DNA of 34,842 nt from a virus. Lineage: Duplodnaviria > Caudoviricetes. The stretch lies in the IMG/VR virus record IMGVR_UViG_3300030102_001931, positions 1-34,842 of that record, one strand, 5' to 3'. Numbering within the stretch: position 1 is the stretch's first letter; each line of letters begins with the position of its first letter. Shown in pieces: positions 15,411 to 26,029 of this stretch. Made by a program: the position numbers and the translations under genes. A model generated the notes under the pieces. It was not told the DNA's origin. It did no database searches and saw only the letters and a list, made by a program, of their open reading frames with translations.

Positions 15411-16941
15411 CTCGGAGTTGATCTTTGGTCCCCCGGGAACAGGTAAGACCTACACTCTGATCAAGGAAGTCGAGGAAGCCCTTGCAAAGGGGATAGCACC
15501 TGACCGCATTGGTTATGTGTCCTTTACCAAAAAGGCTATCCATGAGGCCATAGAACGAGCCTGCTCACAGTTCGGACTAGACCAGAAGCAACTGCCATGG
15601 TTTCGCACTCTACACTCGTGGGGCTTCAACGGTATAGGAGCAAGTTCCGAGGACATGATGGCTGCTGAAGACTGGGGCGTTCTCGGTAGAGAGGTGGGCA
15701 TGACATTCTCTGGAGCTACTCGCGTCAATCCTGACGACGGTGTTTTACTTCCTCCAGAACAAGAGTTCCAAAAGGGAGACGCTTACATTCGCATGATTGA
15801 TCGAGCGAGGTATCGCATGGTCCCTGTCGAGACAGAGTTCAATGAGACAGAAGACTGGAGCAAGGACTTCAATATCCTGCGTCGGATCCAGAAGGAGTTT
15901 TCTTTGTACAAGTCGAAGATGAACAAGATCGACTTTGTAGATCAGATCGAGGTGTACATACAATCAGGCAACCCTCCACATCTGGATCTGTTGATTATCG
16001 ACGAGGCACAAGACCTCACGCCGTTGCAATGGGAGATGGTCAGGACAATCGCACCGAATGCGGATCGTGTGATTATCGCAGGGGATGACGATCAGGCCAT
16101 ACACAGATGGACAGGCGTAGACATTCGATACTTCTTGGAATCCTCGAGCAATGTTCGGGTGCTATCCCAGAGCTTTCGTATGCCACAGAAAGTACACACG
16201 TTATCACAGGATATCGTCAAGCGTATCGGGCTTCGGAGAGACAAGTTGTTCCATCCTACAGAAGAAGAGGGCGAGGTAGGTTGGCATTATCACCCAGACG
16301 AACTGGACTTGGACCATGGTTCGTGGACCTTGATGGCTCGAACAAACAACTTGGTTCGACAATGGGGAGATCGTCTCCGAGAACAAGGCTACCTGTATTC
16401 TTTCAAGGGCAACAGCAGCGTGAACCAAAAGGCTGCACAGGCTATGGAAGTATGGAACAGGCTACAGGGTGGTGAGGGCGTTGAGATAGGTTTGGTTCGA
16501 GAACTGTACAAGCATGTCAAGAAACGTGGAGATGACAAGGTCGTAAAGCATGGGGCTGCAAAGCTCCTCGATGCTGCTGCACCTGATGCGTGTCTGACAT
16601 GGGATAATCTAATGGATCAGTATGGCATGGTGGCAGAGAAGGGCAGAGATGCGTTCGATGTTGCAAGGTTCGGGGACGAAGAAAGATTGTATATAGAATC
16701 GTTGGTCCGCAGGGGCGAGGATGTTACTTCAAATCCTCGTATTAAGTTATCGACATTTCACAGCATGAAGGGTGGAGAAGATGATAACTGTGCGGTATAT
16801 ACTTCTGTGCCTCCAATCTGTGATCTTAGTAATACTAAGACTCCTGATGACGAGCACCGTTGCATGTATGTAGGGATAACAAGATCAAAACAAAGTCTAC
16901 ATATTATCGACCCACCGGGGAGACATAAGTATGAGTTCTAA
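15400..16941 (+). CDS. UvrD/Rep-like SF1 helicase
   Basis: GPPGTGKT, DEAQD, GDDDQAI, LSQSFR, STFHSMKGGE, YVGITR. Confidence 0.92.
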   Translation: MIPNSELIFGPPGTGKTYTLIKEVEEALAKGIAPDRIGYVSFTKKAIHEAIERACSQFGLDQKQLPWFRTLHSWGFNGIGASSEDMMAAEDWGVLGREVGMTFSGATRVNPDDGVLLPPEQEFQKGDAYIRMIDRARYRMVPVETEFNETEDWSKDFNILRRIQKEFSLYKSKMNKIDFVDQIEVYIQSGNPPHLDLLIIDEAQDLTPLQWEMVRTIAPNADRVIIAGDDDQAIHRWTGVDIRYFLESSSNVRVLSQSFRMPQKVHTLSQDIVKRIGLRRDKLFHPTEEEGEVGWHYHPDELDLDHGSWTLMARTNNLVRQWGDRLREQGYLYSFKGNSSVNQKAAQAMEVWNRLQGGEGVEIGLVRELYKHVKKRGDDKVVKHGAAKLLDAAAPDACLTWDNLMDQYGMVAEKGRDAFDVARFGDEERLYIESLVRRGEDVTSNPRIKLSTFHSMKGGEDDNCAVYTSVPPICDLSNTKTPDDEHRCMYVGITRSKQSLHIIDPPGRHKYEF

Positions 16942-17098
16942 GTGGGATTTTTATTGGGCAGTAAGAGACGATGGACTGTATGTCTGGGACAAGGGAGAGC
17001 TAGTAGCAAAGATCCACCCAGATCATTACACAGCACTAATCGCAGAACTAGCGGAGCATGTTAGATGGCAAGAAACAAAGCAGACAAAAAAACCATAG
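16931..17098 (+). CDS. Hypothetical protein (55 aa, not in ORF track)
   Basis: Fills the helicase-polymerase gap with overlaps on both sides; MSSKWDFYWAVRDDGLYVWD... Confidence 0.55.
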   Translation: MSSKWDFYWAVRDDGLYVWDKGELVAKIHPDHYTALIAELAEHVRWQETKQTKKP

Positions 17099-18990
17099 CG
17101 TTCTTGGAGCGCATGGAAATGGACAATCCAGAACCAGATTGGAGTTGTCCTGCGGAGTATCCAGACCTGACGCAATACAAAACTATTGCTGTAGATCTGG
17201 AGACAAGAGACCCGAACCTTATGACCATGGGTCCAGGGTGGCCTCGCAAGGATGGTTTTATCGTGGGGATTGCAGTCGCTGCGGGGGATCAGACTTGGTA
17301 CTTCCCTATTCGCCACGAGCATGGGCAGAATATGGACCCGAAGTTTACTCTCAAGTGGCTCAAGAAACAGATGGCAACGCCACACATCGACAAGTTGTTT
17401 CACAACGCCACGTATGATGTCGGTTGGTTGTTGGCAGAGGGGATCGAGGTGCAAGGACGGATCATCGATACGATGGTGGCTGCGCCTCTCGTGGACGAGA
17501 ACAGGTTTTCGTATAGCTTGAACAACTTGGGCAAGGATTATGTAGGAGAGCGCAAGAGTGAGAGGGTGCTACGTGCAGCAGCCAAAGACTGGGGCATCGA
17601 TCCAAAGGGTGAGATGTGGCGGCTCCCTGCAAAATATGTAGGTGACTACGCAGAACAGGATGCTTCGTTAACATTACGATTGTGGGATCGTATGAGGAGC
17701 GAAATCAACGAACAAGATCTGCACCACATCTTCAATCTAGAGACTAGCTTGATACCCTTGATGGTCAAGATGCGCAGCAATGGGGTCCGTGTGGATCTGG
17801 ACAAGGCGGATCGTGTAAAGAAAGAGCTAGGGATCAAGGTCCAAGAACTGAAGGACGAGATCAAACGTCGTACCAGTGTGGACCTAGAACCATGGGCCAG
17901 TGCGTCTGTGGCGAAAGTCTTTGAAGCTTTGGATCTAAGCTACCCAATGACAGATGCAGAGAAGCCTGTGCCATCCTTTACCAAACAGTATTTGAGTTCA
18001 CACCCACATGAAGTTGCACAGATGATTGTGAAGTTGCGCGAGTTTGACAAAGCCAGTGGGACATTTGTGGACTCGATCCTACGACACGAGCACAAGGGAC
18101 GTATCTATACAGAGTTTCACCAGTTGCGGAACGATGATGGCGGTACGGTTACAGGACGGTTTTCATCCTCGAACCCGAACCTACAGCAGATTCCTGCACG
18201 AGATCCAGACATCAAGACCATGATCCGTGGACTGTTTCTGCCAGAAGAAGGGACCAAGTGGGGATCGTTTGATTACTCGAGCCAAGAACCAAGGCTCTTG
18301 GTGCACTTCGCCTCGTCCATGCCTGATGCTATGCGACACCCGATTGTCGATACGATTGTCGAGGAGTATCACAAAGGAGACGTTGATCTACACCAGATGG
18401 TGGCTGACATTGCAGGAATCAATCGTAAGGAAGCCAAAGTGGTAAACCTTGGGATTATGTATGGAATGGGCAAAGGTAAACTAGCCGCGCAGCTAGGGAT
18501 TTCTGAGAGCGAAGCCGCAATGCTGCTGACAACGCACGAGCAGAAGGTTCCGTTCGTTCGACAACTGGCAAAGGTTGCTAGTCAAAGAGCCGAGGAGTTT
18601 GGACAGATACGAACACTGCTCGGAAGGGTGTGTCGGTTTGATAAGTGGGAGCCAAAAGGTTTTGGTTACAACCAACCGTTGACGTTGGAAGAGGCCAACA
18701 AAAAGTATGGAGGTGTTAATCGATTGAAAAGAGCGTTTACTTACAAGGCGTTAAACAAACTGATCCAAGGTTCAGCAGCCGACCAGACCAAGAAAGCTAT
18801 GCTCGATTGCTACAACGATGGATTAATTCCCTTGCTTACTGTTCACGATGAGTTATGCTTTTCAGTAGAGGGCGACGATCAAGCGCGACGCATCAAGGAC
18901 ATAATGGAAAACGGGTTGTCGGATGTCTTGAAAGTCCCCTCTAAGGTAGACGAAGAATACGCGGATGACTGGGGCGGTATCAAAGGATGA
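17065..18990 (+). CDS. polA: Family A DNA polymerase with 3'-5' exonuclease
   Basis: DLET, HNATYD, YAEQDA exonuclease motifs; TGRFSSSNPNLQQIP, DYSSQEPR, RKEAKVVNLGIMYG, IQGSAAD, VHDEL. Confidence 0.95.
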   Translation: MARNKADKKTIAFLERMEMDNPEPDWSCPAEYPDLTQYKTIAVDLETRDPNLMTMGPGWPRKDGFIVGIAVAAGDQTWYFPIRHEHGQNMDPKFTLKWLKKQMATPHIDKLFHNATYDVGWLLAEGIEVQGRIIDTMVAAPLVDENRFSYSLNNLGKDYVGERKSERVLRAAAKDWGIDPKGEMWRLPAKYVGDYAEQDASLTLRLWDRMRSEINEQDLHHIFNLETSLIPLMVKMRSNGVRVDLDKADRVKKELGIKVQELKDEIKRRTSVDLEPWASASVAKVFEALDLSYPMTDAEKPVPSFTKQYLSSHPHEVAQMIVKLREFDKASGTFVDSILRHEHKGRIYTEFHQLRNDDGGTVTGRFSSSNPNLQQIPARDPDIKTMIRGLFLPEEGTKWGSFDYSSQEPRLLVHFASSMPDAMRHPIVDTIVEEYHKGDVDLHQMVADIAGINRKEAKVVNLGIMYGMGKGKLAAQLGISESEAAMLLTTHEQKVPFVRQLAKVASQRAEEFGQIRTLLGRVCRFDKWEPKGFGYNQPLTLEEANKKYGGVNRLKRAFTYKALNKLIQGSAADQTKKAMLDCYNDGLIPLLTVHDELCFSVEGDDQARRIKDIMENGLSDVLKVPSKVDEEYADDWGGIKG

Positions 18991-19160
18991 ATTGTTGGCA
19001 CTGTAATGCTTCTCTCATATGGGGAGGAGACCATGATATTGAAGACGATAACTACATGTCTGAAGAATATCTTATGGAGACAAATCTTTCCTGCCCAGAC
19101 TGCGGATCTTTTGTTCTAGTTTATTATCCGAAACAAGAAGAAGATCTATACTCTTCCTAA
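18987..19160 (+). CDS. Small zinc-binding protein (57 aa, not in ORF track)
   Basis: ATGA-coupled; MNCWHC...LIWGGDHD...CPDC. Confidence 0.7.
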   Translation: MNCWHCNASLIWGGDHDIEDDNYMSEEYLMETNLSCPDCGSFVLVYYPKQEEDLYSS

Positions 19161-22100
19161 AGACTTAGCCAAAGCTTGTGTTGCGGGATCCCCACCTAGA
19201 AGAGTGGGATCTACTTGTGTGTTGGAAGCTGTAATAGTCGGGGCCGTTGGCACTGTAGGAGGAGCTATAGGCACGGAGAGAGAACTCTCATCCAAAGTTG
19301 GAATAAGATCATCAAACGATGGGATGTTAGAGGGAATAAGATCATCAAACGATGGGATCTTAGAAGGAACCGTGGCCCGAGGTGCGTCACCTGGGGAATC
19401 AAGAGACAAAGGCTGACGCTTACGATCCCTTGACCGTTGATTAAAAGGAGAGAAGTCAGACATGTCTGTTATAAACGTGCGACCTTCTGCTTTTCTTGCA
19501 GCAATAAGATCTTTCCACAACTCTTTACTTGCGTCCGTGGGCCAGAACTCACCGTTCATTATAGCGTTAGCTTCTGCTTTACCTAACTTTGCGCCCTTTG
19601 TTAAATTTTGACGGATTATTGTGTCTTGTCTAGACTTACTCAATCCGGGCATTAACTTTCTGGCAGCTTCGATGTCTTGATACAGATTACTTTGTTCACG
19701 ATACAGATTGTCTAGGTAAGTGTCCCAAGAGGTAAGCATATCCTCCATTGTGAGATTGCCTTTTTTCATATCCCTTTGAGCAGCACTCTTTGCTTCTGTA
19801 CGACGGGGTGTATAAGCTTTTCCTGCAAAAGCGAAATCATTACGAATGTCCAAGGTCATAGGTGTAAAACCCGTGACTAATCGTGCACCTTCTTTAAAGG
19901 GTTTGTACTCTTCTCCTCGACCCCCAGGTGCACCTGTGATTGATCGAAGTACACGACCTTGGTTGAATGTTTCTCTAACAGCTTTACGCAAGTTTCCTGT
20001 TTTTGGTACGTCTAACGCAGAAAAAGGTCTGTCAACTTCACCAATTAATTGAGAGTATGCAGGTATGACACCGTTTAATAAATGGCCCGTAGCTTTATCG
20101 ATTTTATCTCCAATAGAATCGGTGCTGTTATATACAGGCACACCATTTTCTGTTTTGCCACCACGACCAACAATCGATAGAAGTGGAGCATCTTTGGATG
20201 GAAGCACATCTCTCAGTCGTTCATAAATTAAAGATTCTTCACCAAATGGTTCCGCAAACATAGTCAATCCACGCAAGGCTCCTGAACCAATGCGTTCAAC
20301 CTGACTTTTATCTAACTTACCCTCTCGTTTGTATATCTCCAAGGCTGCTCTCGCAGGATCAAGAACAAAAGCATAAGGACTTACATAGCTCAAATCAATG
20401 TAGTCCACCTTACCTTTTTGATCATTAGACAAGATTAGTAATTGATGTCCATCCATGTAACGAGGAAGTTGACTTTTTAGGGCATCGTATTGTTCTTGTG
20501 TTGTGCCAGTTGCATACATTGTAGCCTTTACAGCTTGACTAGGACCAATAGTTGCCACTGCTGTGTAAGACATCAATCGTTGTGCACCCTCACCTCTTAT
20601 CTGCCTTTCAAATGCAGAGGCTGCTTCTTCCCCAATCTGCTGTCTAAGTTCTGGCGGGATTGTAAAAGACATTTCTTTCAGACCACGTCCCAAGATGTTT
20701 GCTGAATTACGAATGTTTTCTGAGGCAAAAGATGTAAAGTTACCGATCAAAGGAAAGACATCTAGTGCTCTTACTGCTTTACCAATACGAGGATATATTG
20801 GCATCGTGTCTTTTACTGCGTCTGCTGCCATAACCTCGTAAGGCAGTAGGTCTGAGGACGCATCTCCAAACTCCGTGACTGCACTTTTGTATCGTTTCGC
20901 AAGACCTGCGTCCATTAATGCTTGATATATACGCTCATCATCAGGCTCTAAACCTGCTGCTTTGAATGCGTTTAAGATCTTTTTCTCTTCTCCGAGAAGG
21001 GCAAGACCTTTAAAGAAGGTGTCTGATTCACCGTATACTTTCTCAAAAGTCTGCATAAAAGGAATCTTATCCGTCCACATATCAATAGTTTTAGCAACCT
21101 TCGCAGTGTTACTTGTGAGATCTTCTCCTGCTTTTCCAAAGTCTCTTAAAGCCCGAACAACTAAACTGGTGTCCTCAACACCAGACAAAGATATTTTCTT
21201 TGCTAAACGAGTGAGTCCTGCTTCGTCTAAGTCTGCAACACTAGCAGTAAGAACCTTAAACATGTCGCTGAAATCTGTTTGCCGACCCAGATTAGCATTG
21301 GCTCCAAGCATCAAAAAGTTACCTGCAATGTTCCTAACCTGTGCTCCGGGATTTGGTACGATTGTCATCTTTTGAGACAAAGAACGAAGTTGAGACAATA
21401 CCCCTGCGGCCTCACCCAATACAGTGTTGCTTCCAAACTTCAAAGGGGCAGTAATAGCACCATATGTTTCTGGAGAAACCAATCTACCTGTGAGATCACC
21501 ATAGGCACCACCAAACACATGTTGGATGTCTCGATTATCTCCAAGAGCTTTGTAGCCTTTCAGGTTTATTAGATCTGCACGATATTGTTCAAGTAACTCT
21601 TCCGCAGGTTCTTTCGGAGAGACGGTTACGTTTCCTGCGTCATCTACCACTTCTCCCCTTTTTATGCCTCGTTGTCTAACAATCTCTCTGAAAGGCTCCA
21701 TGGCATTCTGGTATTGTTCATCCGTCATACGAAGTTTATCAGGTATATCTATGATTGCAGGGCGACCACCTTGGTTCAGTAGTTTCATCCCCTCGACTGC
21801 ATCCACAGCAAGACCTTGATCAATCATCCCCCGATACATGTCTGCTGCTGCATTTGCTTGAGCCATGTCGGATATAGTTTTTTTGTATACCTCTTTTGGA
21901 TCTGTCATTAGCCCTTTTAGTCTTTGGAGTTTGGGACTCTTATCAACCAAAGGTTCACGAGCTATAAACAGATCATCCATGGCAGTTAAAACAGGACGAT
22001 CTCTTGCAACAAGACCTGTTTTACCCCCTTTAGCTTCTCTGGTGACTTGTTTTATTTTATCCTTCAACACAACTTCTGGGGAAACACCTGTTGTTGTGTA

Positions 22101-23618
22101 CAAGCCTAATGTATCCAAAACTCTTTCTTTGGCTAGTGCACGAATGTTGTCATCAACACCCTGACCTGAAGGAACAATAATATTTGCGACTTCATCAACT
22201 GCTTCGTCAAATTCTTTGGAGGAAAGATCTAGCCCTTTGTAAAAGTTTATCGGATTGATGTATTGATTGAACTGACGACGTAAGTAACCAACCTGATTCT
22301 TTTGGTTTTGCAACATCTCTTCTAAGGCTTTAGCTGCTTTTTGTTTTGCAGGAGTATCAGGAGTAAGTAGTTTACCGTCAGCGTCAACACCAACTTCTGT
22401 TTGTAGTTGTCGGATTAAATCATCTTCAAGATTAGCACGAACATCGATCATAGCGTCCGCAGCCTTTATCATTTGTTCAGAGCCAATCGCTTCAAGCTGT
22501 TTGCGGTCTCCTAAAAGAAACTTGTTGAGTGCTGCTTCTACTCTCTGTGCGTCTACGGGAGTTTCATCTTTTAACTTTGAGGCTTTCAAAAACTTCTTGG
22601 TTGCTTTATCAAAGTCCTCTGCTGCTTTCACGCCCATGCGTTCTGACATGTCAGCTACGGCACGAGCATCTTGAACTGTTTCATACAGTTTAACATCTGC
22701 TCCACCAGACGCTGTAAAGTATTCTCTAAACAAATCTCTTGCACCTTTGGCCTTGTCGTTAACTGCGCCCATGCCAATAGCATCGAAACCTTTAGCCATA
22801 CCTTCTGCAACTTTGCTAGGAGCCTTTATTACGGCCTGTGCTGCTTTCGCTCCTCGGTCAGTTCGACCAACGGCTCGTATTCCTGCCCCTCCAACAGTGA
22901 GAGCGGTATCAACTGCACCACTCAAAAACATATCTTCTACACCAGAACGAAGTTTATTACGAAACCTACGCGCTGCTTCTTGACGACCTGTTAGACCTGC
23001 GTCTTCTTCTGTCTCTAAAGCATCAGGAAGAATTTCAAAGTTGTCCGATAAGGTTGTTCGACCATCACTAGCAACGGCTGTGCTATAACCCAATGCTCCT
23101 ACAGCAGTAGATCCGATCATCCCAGGACGAGAACCCACAAGAGTCTGACCAACCTTTGACGATCCAAAATCTATCGCTGATCTACCAAACTTTGTTCTAC
23201 CCGCTTTGGATAATTTCTTACCTGCCTGCACCGCTTTTGCTGCTTGACCCGCTCGACCAAGCCACCCAACGACGGGTACGAACCCCACGCCAAAGGCTAC
23301 AAGATCTTCGGTTACATCTCCTGCTGTGCCCATTTCTGGTTTAATGTATTCAAAAGCGTCAGTAACAGCAGACGCAGTGTTCGTGTTTAAAGCACCGTCT
23401 ACAAAAATTGCACCAAGTTCCAAGATTCCTTGTGGAACAGATATGACGCCAGAATATATACCTTTGCCTATATCTTCTGCTACATCAGGCACGAGTCCTT
23501 GATCGCCAGAAAGATAAGATCCTTTTTCTTTTTTTTCTGGAGTCAAATCGTCAAAAGAAACTTCGTCAGACTTGGAATCACTTTTTGGAATCAAGTCATC
23601 GAACGAAATATCAACCAT
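19146..23618 (-). CDS. Large internal virion / DNA ejection protein
   Basis: 1490 aa, last gene of the structural operon, Ala/Gly-rich and helical-looking. Confidence 0.7.
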   Translation of the reverse strand: MVDISFDDLIPKSDSKSDEVSFDDLTPEKKEKGSYLSGDQGLVPDVAEDIGKGIYSGVISVPQGILELGAIFVDGALNTNTASAVTDAFEYIKPEMGTAGDVTEDLVAFGVGFVPVVGWLGRAGQAAKAVQAGKKLSKAGRTKFGRSAIDFGSSKVGQTLVGSRPGMIGSTAVGALGYSTAVASDGRTTLSDNFEILPDALETEEDAGLTGRQEAARRFRNKLRSGVEDMFLSGAVDTALTVGGAGIRAVGRTDRGAKAAQAVIKAPSKVAEGMAKGFDAIGMGAVNDKAKGARDLFREYFTASGGADVKLYETVQDARAVADMSERMGVKAAEDFDKATKKFLKASKLKDETPVDAQRVEAALNKFLLGDRKQLEAIGSEQMIKAADAMIDVRANLEDDLIRQLQTEVGVDADGKLLTPDTPAKQKAAKALEEMLQNQKNQVGYLRRQFNQYINPINFYKGLDLSSKEFDEAVDEVANIIVPSGQGVDDNIRALAKERVLDTLGLYTTTGVSPEVVLKDKIKQVTREAKGGKTGLVARDRPVLTAMDDLFIAREPLVDKSPKLQRLKGLMTDPKEVYKKTISDMAQANAAADMYRGMIDQGLAVDAVEGMKLLNQGGRPAIIDIPDKLRMTDEQYQNAMEPFREIVRQRGIKRGEVVDDAGNVTVSPKEPAEELLEQYRADLINLKGYKALGDNRDIQHVFGGAYGDLTGRLVSPETYGAITAPLKFGSNTVLGEAAGVLSQLRSLSQKMTIVPNPGAQVRNIAGNFLMLGANANLGRQTDFSDMFKVLTASVADLDEAGLTRLAKKISLSGVEDTSLVVRALRDFGKAGEDLTSNTAKVAKTIDMWTDKIPFMQTFEKVYGESDTFFKGLALLGEEKKILNAFKAAGLEPDDERIYQALMDAGLAKRYKSAVTEFGDASSDLLPYEVMAADAVKDTMPIYPRIGKAVRALDVFPLIGNFTSFASENIRNSANILGRGLKEMSFTIPPELRQQIGEEAASAFERQIRGEGAQRLMSYTAVATIGPSQAVKATMYATGTTQEQYDALKSQLPRYMDGHQLLILSNDQKGKVDYIDLSYVSPYAFVLDPARAALEIYKREGKLDKSQVERIGSGALRGLTMFAEPFGEESLIYERLRDVLPSKDAPLLSIVGRGGKTENGVPVYNSTDSIGDKIDKATGHLLNGVIPAYSQLIGEVDRPFSALDVPKTGNLRKAVRETFNQGRVLRSITGAPGGRGEEYKPFKEGARLVTGFTPMTLDIRNDFAFAGKAYTPRRTEAKSAAQRDMKKGNLTMEDMLTSWDTYLDNLYREQSNLYQDIEAARKLMPGLSKSRQDTIIRQNLTKGAKLGKAEANAIMNGEFWPTDASKELWKDLIAARKAEGRTFITDMSDFSPFNQRSRDRKRQPLSLDSPGDAPRATVPSKIPSFDDLIPSNIPSFDDLIPTLDESSLSVPIAPPTVPTAPTITASNTQVDPTLLGGDPATQALAKSLGRV
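19300..19358. repeat. 26-bp direct repeat (period 33) encoding IPSFDDLIP x2
   Basis: GGAATAAGATCATCAAACGATGGGAT at 19300 and 19333. Confidence 0.85.
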
Positions 23619-24820
23619 TATAACCCTCCCGGGTCGATCCCTGCTTGTTCTAAACGTTCTATAACTTTATCTCGTGGTGCACCTTGTTCAATCGCTTTTC
23701 TAGCTTTATCTAATGCTGTCATGGGAGCAGGATCCCCTGTAGGAGCATCAAAGCTACCGCTTCTCAAGAACTGTAGTATTTGAGTGCCTGTGTTGTCTCC
23801 GTATTGTTCATTAAAATTCTCAGCAACTTTAGACATATCTTCGGTCTCTGCTCTTTTTGCAAAGATTTTAACAAGTGTATCTAAGTTTGGTGGTAGCTTC
23901 GTTGTCTTAGCCCTAGCTGCAATATTAGCCTTTGCTAACTCTGCTTCTTGCTTCGCCCTACGTGTTTCTGTGTCACGAGAAACCATCAAGCTATCTGCTA
24001 CTGCGGAGGATATACGTGCCCCTGCTGTCGGCCTGATTGCCTGCCCTGTGTTTGGATTGACATAGTTCCCTGCCAAGGCAGCACCTAGCTTCGCTCCTGC
24101 AATAGCTTTGTTTATCTCATCTATCTCAGCTTCTGCGGGAACACTCTCTATACCAAGGTTTGTGGCAGCAGCTATAAGATCTTTCTTTGTATCTCCTGTT
24201 TGATCTTTTTCAGGAAGTTCAGATTTAATGATTTTTTTAGAAACATCTTTTTGGTCTCCCTCTAAATCTTTTTTAGTGAGTTCTGCTGCCTCTACCGGGA
24301 TTCCAAGTTCTGCTGCCCCTTTTGAAGTCAAAGCTTTTTGCCCTAACTTAAAAGCTTCATTAAACAAAAACGCCGGACCCATGGGTGTTGCTACGTTAAG
24401 AGGAAGATCTCTAGGAAGACCACCATCTCTAAGTTTTTTAACAGGAGGCTTTTGAGCCATGGGTTTAGCCATGGGCCGAGGTACTTGAGCCATAGGTTTA
24501 GCCATGGGCTGATTCATCTGTTGTATCCCTGCAATATTAGGGATGGGCTGTGATGGAGGGAGCATGGGTCGCTGATCTTGGGCCGCAGGCATTGGCAAAG
24601 ACTGATTAGTTTTTGGAAGTACAACAGGACGTGGTAGTGCAGCAGCTTTCATAAGATCTTGAGAAGAGGCCATAATACCGCCTGCCATAGGTTGTTTGGG
24701 TGCCTGAGTCATAACTTGAGGTTGTGGCATTGTTGCAATACCGCCCATCTGTCGTAGTTTGTCTCGTGCTTCCGTGGCTTTCTTAAACAACCGCCTGTTA
24801 TTAACGTTTTTGTTTTCCAT
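23618..24820 (-). CDS. Putative internal virion protein
   Basis: P/Q/M-rich N-terminus; structural operon position. Confidence 0.6.
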   Translation of the reverse strand: MENKNVNNRRLFKKATEARDKLRQMGGIATMPQPQVMTQAPKQPMAGGIMASSQDLMKAAALPRPVVLPKTNQSLPMPAAQDQRPMLPPSQPIPNIAGIQQMNQPMAKPMAQVPRPMAKPMAQKPPVKKLRDGGLPRDLPLNVATPMGPAFLFNEAFKLGQKALTSKGAAELGIPVEAAELTKKDLEGDQKDVSKKIIKSELPEKDQTGDTKKDLIAAATNLGIESVPAEAEIDEINKAIAGAKLGAALAGNYVNPNTGQAIRPTAGARISSAVADSLMVSRDTETRRAKQEAELAKANIAARAKTTKLPPNLDTLVKIFAKRAETEDMSKVAENFNEQYGDNTGTQILQFLRSGSFDAPTGDPAPMTALDKARKAIEQGAPRDKVIERLEQAGIDPGGL

Positions 24821-24826
24821 GCTTAC

Positions 24827-26029
24827 CTACCTGTTAAACATACTACCGAGGATCGATTGTCCTCCGCCATACTGTTGCTGATATGAACCAAGTCCCATGG
24901 CTGTACCAATGGTGCTTCCTAAAACATTCTGTCGTGGCGCAGATCCTATCGATAGAGATTGCTGTGTAGATGGAACTCCACGGAAGATATCTCCCATGTA
25001 ACTAAATCGTTGGAACGGCTCATATGCGGTTTCGATAGCAGACTGACGTTGTACATCATACTCAGCTTGTCTTTGTTGCTGCTCAATGCCACCGACGTTC
25101 ATCAGGTTCTGCACGTCTTGATAGCCAAGATTCTGGGCCAACTGACCAAGTCCTGCCTGTGCAGTTCCCAACCCTTGGAAAACTTGTGCTCCCGACTGAC
25201 CGCGTTTCATCTGGTTCTCAAACGCAGATTGAGCTTGTTGTTGTGCACCAGTAAACGCTTGTGATCGCAACTGTGCCCCTGTTCTGGCCTTTCGGTCATC
25301 TGCTGCACGTTGTATTTCTTGTTCTGCTATTTCAGCACGAGATCCGCCAAAGGCTCCTGCGCCAACGGCTCTAGCTGCTTGTCTTGCTCTTTCTTGTGTA
25401 GCCTGTCTCTGTATATCCTGTTCAGTGGTATCTATAACCTGCTCTACAAATGGATCGTAGAAGTCTTTGTATCCACCAACCCTGCGCACTGTAGATGCTC
25501 CTGTCTCTGGATCAACGTCCATAATAGGTTCGCCATCATACCCATAAACAATTTGACCACGAGGATCGAACCTACCTAGAGAACCCTCGAGGGTTCCAAC
25601 ACCAGATTCGTAAGTTCCTTTTGCCTCTTCCATCAAAGGGGCATATGCGCCTATACCCTGTATACCAAGCTGTATTGCCTGCTGTTGTGCGGGAGTAAGA
25701 GGCATAACATCAGGTCGAGGAACGCCACCTTTGACTTCTTGTATTGGTTGACCACGAACATCAAGGATCAAGTTTCCTGATTGGTCCCTTCGATAGATAG
25801 GGTTTCCCTCTTCATCAAACTGAGGCTGTCCAAGGAGCGGGGACATAGATGCAATCCCTCGCGGGACTGATTTCATGACAGGATTACCCTCTGCATCTAA
25901 AACAGGGTTTCCTTCTTCGTCTAACTCAGGGACTTGCTCCGTGCGATAAACATTAGCAAGAAGGTCTTTTAGGTATCGCTCCTGATACTCAGGAAGAAGG
26001 GTTAACCCTTGTTGTTGGATTACGTCCAT
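24827..26029 (-). CDS. Putative internal virion/ejection protein (Q/G-rich)
   Basis: GAGAFGGSRA and Q-rich helices typical of podoviral ejection proteins. Confidence 0.65.
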   Translation of the reverse strand: MDVIQQQGLTLLPEYQERYLKDLLANVYRTEQVPELDEEGNPVLDAEGNPVMKSVPRGIASMSPLLGQPQFDEEGNPIYRRDQSGNLILDVRGQPIQEVKGGVPRPDVMPLTPAQQQAIQLGIQGIGAYAPLMEEAKGTYESGVGTLEGSLGRFDPRGQIVYGYDGEPIMDVDPETGASTVRRVGGYKDFYDPFVEQVIDTTEQDIQRQATQERARQAARAVGAGAFGGSRAEIAEQEIQRAADDRKARTGAQLRSQAFTGAQQQAQSAFENQMKRGQSGAQVFQGLGTAQAGLGQLAQNLGYQDVQNLMNVGGIEQQQRQAEYDVQRQSAIETAYEPFQRFSYMGDIFRGVPSTQQSLSIGSAPRQNVLGSTIGTAMGLGSYQQQYGGGQSILGSMFNR

